Assembly (NCBI GenBank): GCA_963726255.1
Contig: CAVSBL010000002.1
Coordinates: forward strand, 1,856,001-1,920,000
Length of the DNA stretch: 64,000 nucleotides
Source of the DNA: Candidatus Bathyarchaeota archaeon
GTDB lineage: Archaea > Thermoproteota > Bathyarchaeia > 40CM-2-53-6
Direction: 5' to 3'
In this document: positions 61,077 to 64,000 of the stretch, piece by piece
Numbering within the stretch: position 1 is the stretch's first letter
Layout: each line of letters opens with the position of its first letter
Program-made: the position numbers and the translations under genes
The notes under the pieces: generated by a model
What the model was told of the DNA's origin: nothing
Databases searched by the model: none
What the model saw: only the letters and a program-made list of their open reading frames with translations

Positions 61077-62012
61077 TTGAAGAAAAGTACTGCAGAAAAA
61101 GAATACGACCTCTTAATCATTGGCGGAGGGCCAGCAGGCCTAACCGCAGCCGCCTACGCTATCAGAAAAAGAATCGAAACAATGTTAATCAGCGAAGACC
61201 TCGGCGGCAAAACCAACTACACGTTTTCCATACCGGGAGTTGAGACGCACCTCGTCATAGATGGTGAAGAACTTGTTGGCAAGTTTAAGAGCCAAATGCA
61301 GTACCTCGACTTTGCACATTACCTAGACCAAGTCACGCAACTAGAACGAACAAGTGATGGGTTTGCTGCAAGAACAAAGGGCGGAAAAACATTCAGGGGC
61401 AAAGCCGCAATAATCGCTATAGGCGTAATGCCAAGGCGACTGAACGTTCCTGGCGAGAAGGAGTTCCTGGGCCGCGGAGTCAGCTACTCTGCTGTCAGCC
61501 ACGCACCATTATTCATTGACATGGAAGTCGCCGTCGTAGGCGACGGACCGTCAGCACTTCATGCCGCCGCTGAACTTGCACAAATAGCTAGGAAAGTCAA
61601 CGTGATCGGTGTCCCTGGCAAGTACGTGGACTCTGAGCTAGGCAAGAGTCTTAGCCGCTCTGGAAAAGTAGAATTCTTCAGCAACTATGAGGTTGAGGAA
61701 ATTCGCGGCAAGATGACCGTGGAACACATACTGATAAAATCCAAGGCCGACAAGACCGAGAAAGAAATCAGCGTGAGCGGAGTCTTCGTCGAGTTAGGCT
61801 ACATTCCGAACAAAGAGTTGTTCTCCGGCCTTGTGAAGACCACCGCCGAGGGAAGAATCATGATCAGCGAGAACAACCAAACTAGCGCTCCAGGCCTCTT
61901 TGCAGCGGGAGACGTAACCGATGTGAACGCTCAACAGGTTGTCATAGCGATCGGGGAAGGAGCCAACGCCGCACTAAGCGCCTACAACTACCTACTCAGC
62001 ATGAAGCGCTAG
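61077..62012 (+). CDS. Thioredoxin-reductase-like flavoprotein lacking the CXXC motif
   Basis: IIGGGPAG, PGEKEFLGRGVSYSAVSH, FAAGDVT, AIGEG. Confidence 0.85.
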   Translation: MKKSTAEKEYDLLIIGGGPAGLTAAAYAIRKRIETMLISEDLGGKTNYTFSIPGVETHLVIDGEELVGKFKSQMQYLDFAHYLDQVTQLERTSDGFAARTKGGKTFRGKAAIIAIGVMPRRLNVPGEKEFLGRGVSYSAVSHAPLFIDMEVAVVGDGPSALHAAAELAQIARKVNVIGVPGKYVDSELGKSLSRSGKVEFFSNYEVEEIRGKMTVEHILIKSKADKTEKEISVSGVFVELGYIPNKELFSGLVKTTAEGRIMISENNQTSAPGLFAAGDVTDVNAQQVVIAIGEGANAALSAYNYLLSMKR

Positions 62013-62252
62013 CGCTATTCGCCGGCAGGAGTAATGCCACTTAGTAGAAAAGTGGAACAATCTCCTTTTTTTATTTCATCTCCAACCCATTTTAATACCT
62101 AGCAAATGCTAACCTTCTGATAGGAATGTGTGGTGAAATGAGTTTGCCTAAGAAACGCAAGGTCAAGATGGTAGCGCGACGGAGCCAGCCTGTGGGTTCG
62201 TCCGACCCGCCTGAATATGTGGCGTAGCGATCTGGTATATTCTGCCGCGAGC

Positions 62253-63653
62253 CTAGGACAACCAGTCGCTGTGAAATTGCCCTGGCTTGTCGATTCGTTC
62301 GTAGCCGTGCGCGCCGAAAAGGTCACGTAACGCCTGTATGAAATTGGCCGGTAGTCTTTCGCTTCTATAGCCGTCATAATAGTCTAACGAAGCATCAATT
62401 GCCGGAATCGGGACGCCGGCGAGCTTCGCGCACTTAACCGTATCTCGCCATTTATTATCAAGTCTGGTTAGCGTTGCAGCAAATTCAGGGTCAAGCAAGA
62501 AGTTTTCCAAGTTCGCGTTCGCCTGGAAGGCCCTACTGATTGAGTCGAGAACTCTAGCGCGAATTATGCACCCCCCCTTCCATATGCGCGCGACTTCGGT
62601 AAATGGAATTCCGTACTGATAGTTTTCTGAAGCAGCGCTCATCAAATGAAAACCCTGCGCATAGGATACAACTATTGAGGCACGGACCCCACCCTCCAGT
62701 CTCTCCGTGAAGTTTCCCGGCAGCGAATGGGAGGCAGTTTTTCTACGCGTTTTCGTTATGTGTGCAGCTCTTACGCGTTGATCCTTCAGCGCCGAAAGAT
62801 TCCTTGATGCGACGGCTGCGTCGATCGTGGGTGTTGGTATTCCTAGATCCATAGCGTTCTGTGAGGTCCATTTTCCAGTTCCTTTTTGTTTTGCTCGGTC
62901 AAGAATCAACGAAACTAGCGGGCGCTTGGTTTCCGGGTCTGTTTTCTCTAAGGCGTGGGTGGCGATTTCCATTAGGAATGAGTTGAGTTCGCGTTCGTTC
63001 CATTCTTTGAAAACGTTCCGCACCTGTCTGGTGCTAAGTCGGCCGGCTCGTGTTAGTAAGTCGTATGCTTCAGCTATGACTTGGATTATGGCGTATTCAA
63101 TGCCGTTATGAATCATTTTGACGTAGTGGCCTGCGCCGCGTGGGCCGAGGTATTGGCAGCAAGCACCATCCACCTGCGCCGCTATTCGGTCTAGCATCTC
63201 GCCGACGTGGTCGTAGCCCTCTTTCGGCCCTCCAACCATAATGCATGGACCTTTGAGCGCACCTTCTTCACCACCGCTAACGCCCACCCCTAAGAAGTGA
63301 ATTCCAAGCTTGGCTAGTTCGCTGCTTCTTCGCTCTGTGTCCTGAAAGTATGAATTCCCCCCATCCATCACCACGTCACCACGCGAAAGTAAGTTTGTAA
63401 GTCCGCTGATAGCGGCGTCTACCGCCGAACCGGCCGTCACCATCAAAAAGACACGCCGTGGTTGAGAGAGCGTGTTGACGAAGTCGGGGAGAGTGTAGGT
63501 TGCGGCGATTTCAGGATGTTTGCCTGCGAATTCCTTAGTCCTCGCTTCGGTGCGATTGTAGACGGCGACTGAATAGCCGTGATTTTGAAAGTTCAATGCC
63601 AGGTTTTGGCCCATGACGCCAAGCCCAATCAATCCTACGTCTTTCCCTTCCAA
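62253..63653 (-). CDS. gnd: 6-phosphogluconate dehydrogenase, decarboxylating (long NADP type)
   Basis: GLGVMG.NLALN, YNRT, DGGNS, GVSGGEEGA, KMIHNGIEY, QKGTGKW, GCIIR, QALRD.FGAH. Confidence 0.95.
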   Translation of the reverse strand: MEGKDVGLIGLGVMGQNLALNFQNHGYSVAVYNRTEARTKEFAGKHPEIAATYTLPDFVNTLSQPRRVFLMVTAGSAVDAAISGLTNLLSRGDVVMDGGNSYFQDTERRSSELAKLGIHFLGVGVSGGEEGALKGPCIMVGGPKEGYDHVGEMLDRIAAQVDGACCQYLGPRGAGHYVKMIHNGIEYAIIQVIAEAYDLLTRAGRLSTRQVRNVFKEWNERELNSFLMEIATHALEKTDPETKRPLVSLILDRAKQKGTGKWTSQNAMDLGIPTPTIDAAVASRNLSALKDQRVRAAHITKTRRKTASHSLPGNFTERLEGGVRASIVVSYAQGFHLMSAASENYQYGIPFTEVARIWKGGCIIRARVLDSISRAFQANANLENFLLDPEFAATLTRLDNKWRDTVKCAKLAGVPIPAIDASLDYYDGYRSERLPANFIQALRDLFGAHGYERIDKPGQFHSDWLS

Positions 63654-63713
63654 CAGTCTCAGCCCAGGCTACCTAATGTCGCGCGTAGCTTCAAAAAGAG
63701 TTCAGCTTTGCAG

Positions 63714-64000
63714 CTAAACCTGCTTGCGGCGGCTGCGTGAACGGCGTCTTATAGGCTTGGTTCTTCTGCGTGCGAGAAGGTAAGCGAATGCTAGGATGAC
63801 TACGATTCCTCCAAGGATAACGGCTGGCTCAGAATAATCTCCTTGCCAGGCGGCGGTGATCGTGTGTGGTTGGTTCATGGATATGGTTCCCGCTGTTGAG
63901 CGTGCGAGTAATTGGCCGTTTTCATACCAGCCTTGAAAGTTCAGTTTACCTCCTAAAATTCCGAGAGGCCCGCCCATCGGTTCGGTTTGGGCCACCGAGA
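63714..64000 (-). CDS. C-terminal part of a membrane-anchored surface protein (runs off window)
   Basis: F.GW...TI.M..P.TITA.W repeat-like segment, TM, Arg-rich tail. Confidence 0.7.
   Translation of the reverse strand, partial: SVAQTEPMGGPLGILGGKLNFQGWYENGQLLARSTAGTISMNQPHTITAAWQGDYSEPAVILGGIVVILAFAYLLARRRTKPIRRRSRSRRKQV

Overview
Archaeal chromosomal segment, most likely a TACK archaeon such as Bathyarchaeia. This is inferred from the multi-intron BHB tRNA, PEF- and CFI-box-CTERM surface proteins, degenerate KaiC/RAD55 protein, SAMP/MoaD and frequent TTG/GTG starts. It holds about 55 CDS: a purine/cyclic-amide catabolism block (mocA-like, cyclic amidohydrolase, SsnA-like, NUDIX-eIF2B fusion), membrane and metal transporters, a decayed insertion at about 19.7-21.3 kb (truncated CBS gene, dCTP deaminase pseudogene), a large Cys-paired repeat surface protein plus a CFI-box protein, two acetyl-CoA synthetases, SatP, malic enzyme, GAPN and gnd. 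The most notable region is 33-49 kb. It contains (i) a tRNA-Ser(CGA) gene split by three introns, and (ii) 2.1 kb downstream, an intron-LESS copy of that tRNA's 3' end embedded in an integrase-like remnant. It also contains (iii) two paralogous cassettes, each an APC amino-acid permease divergent from a Pol-beta-like nucleotidyltransferase plus a metallophosphoesterase, bracketing amine/amide catabolic enzymes. These cassettes are a candidate undescribed reversible-NMPylation (writer/eraser) system coupled to transport. Several single-base frameshifts may be real or assembly errors. All assignments come from motif recognition by eye; no searches were run.
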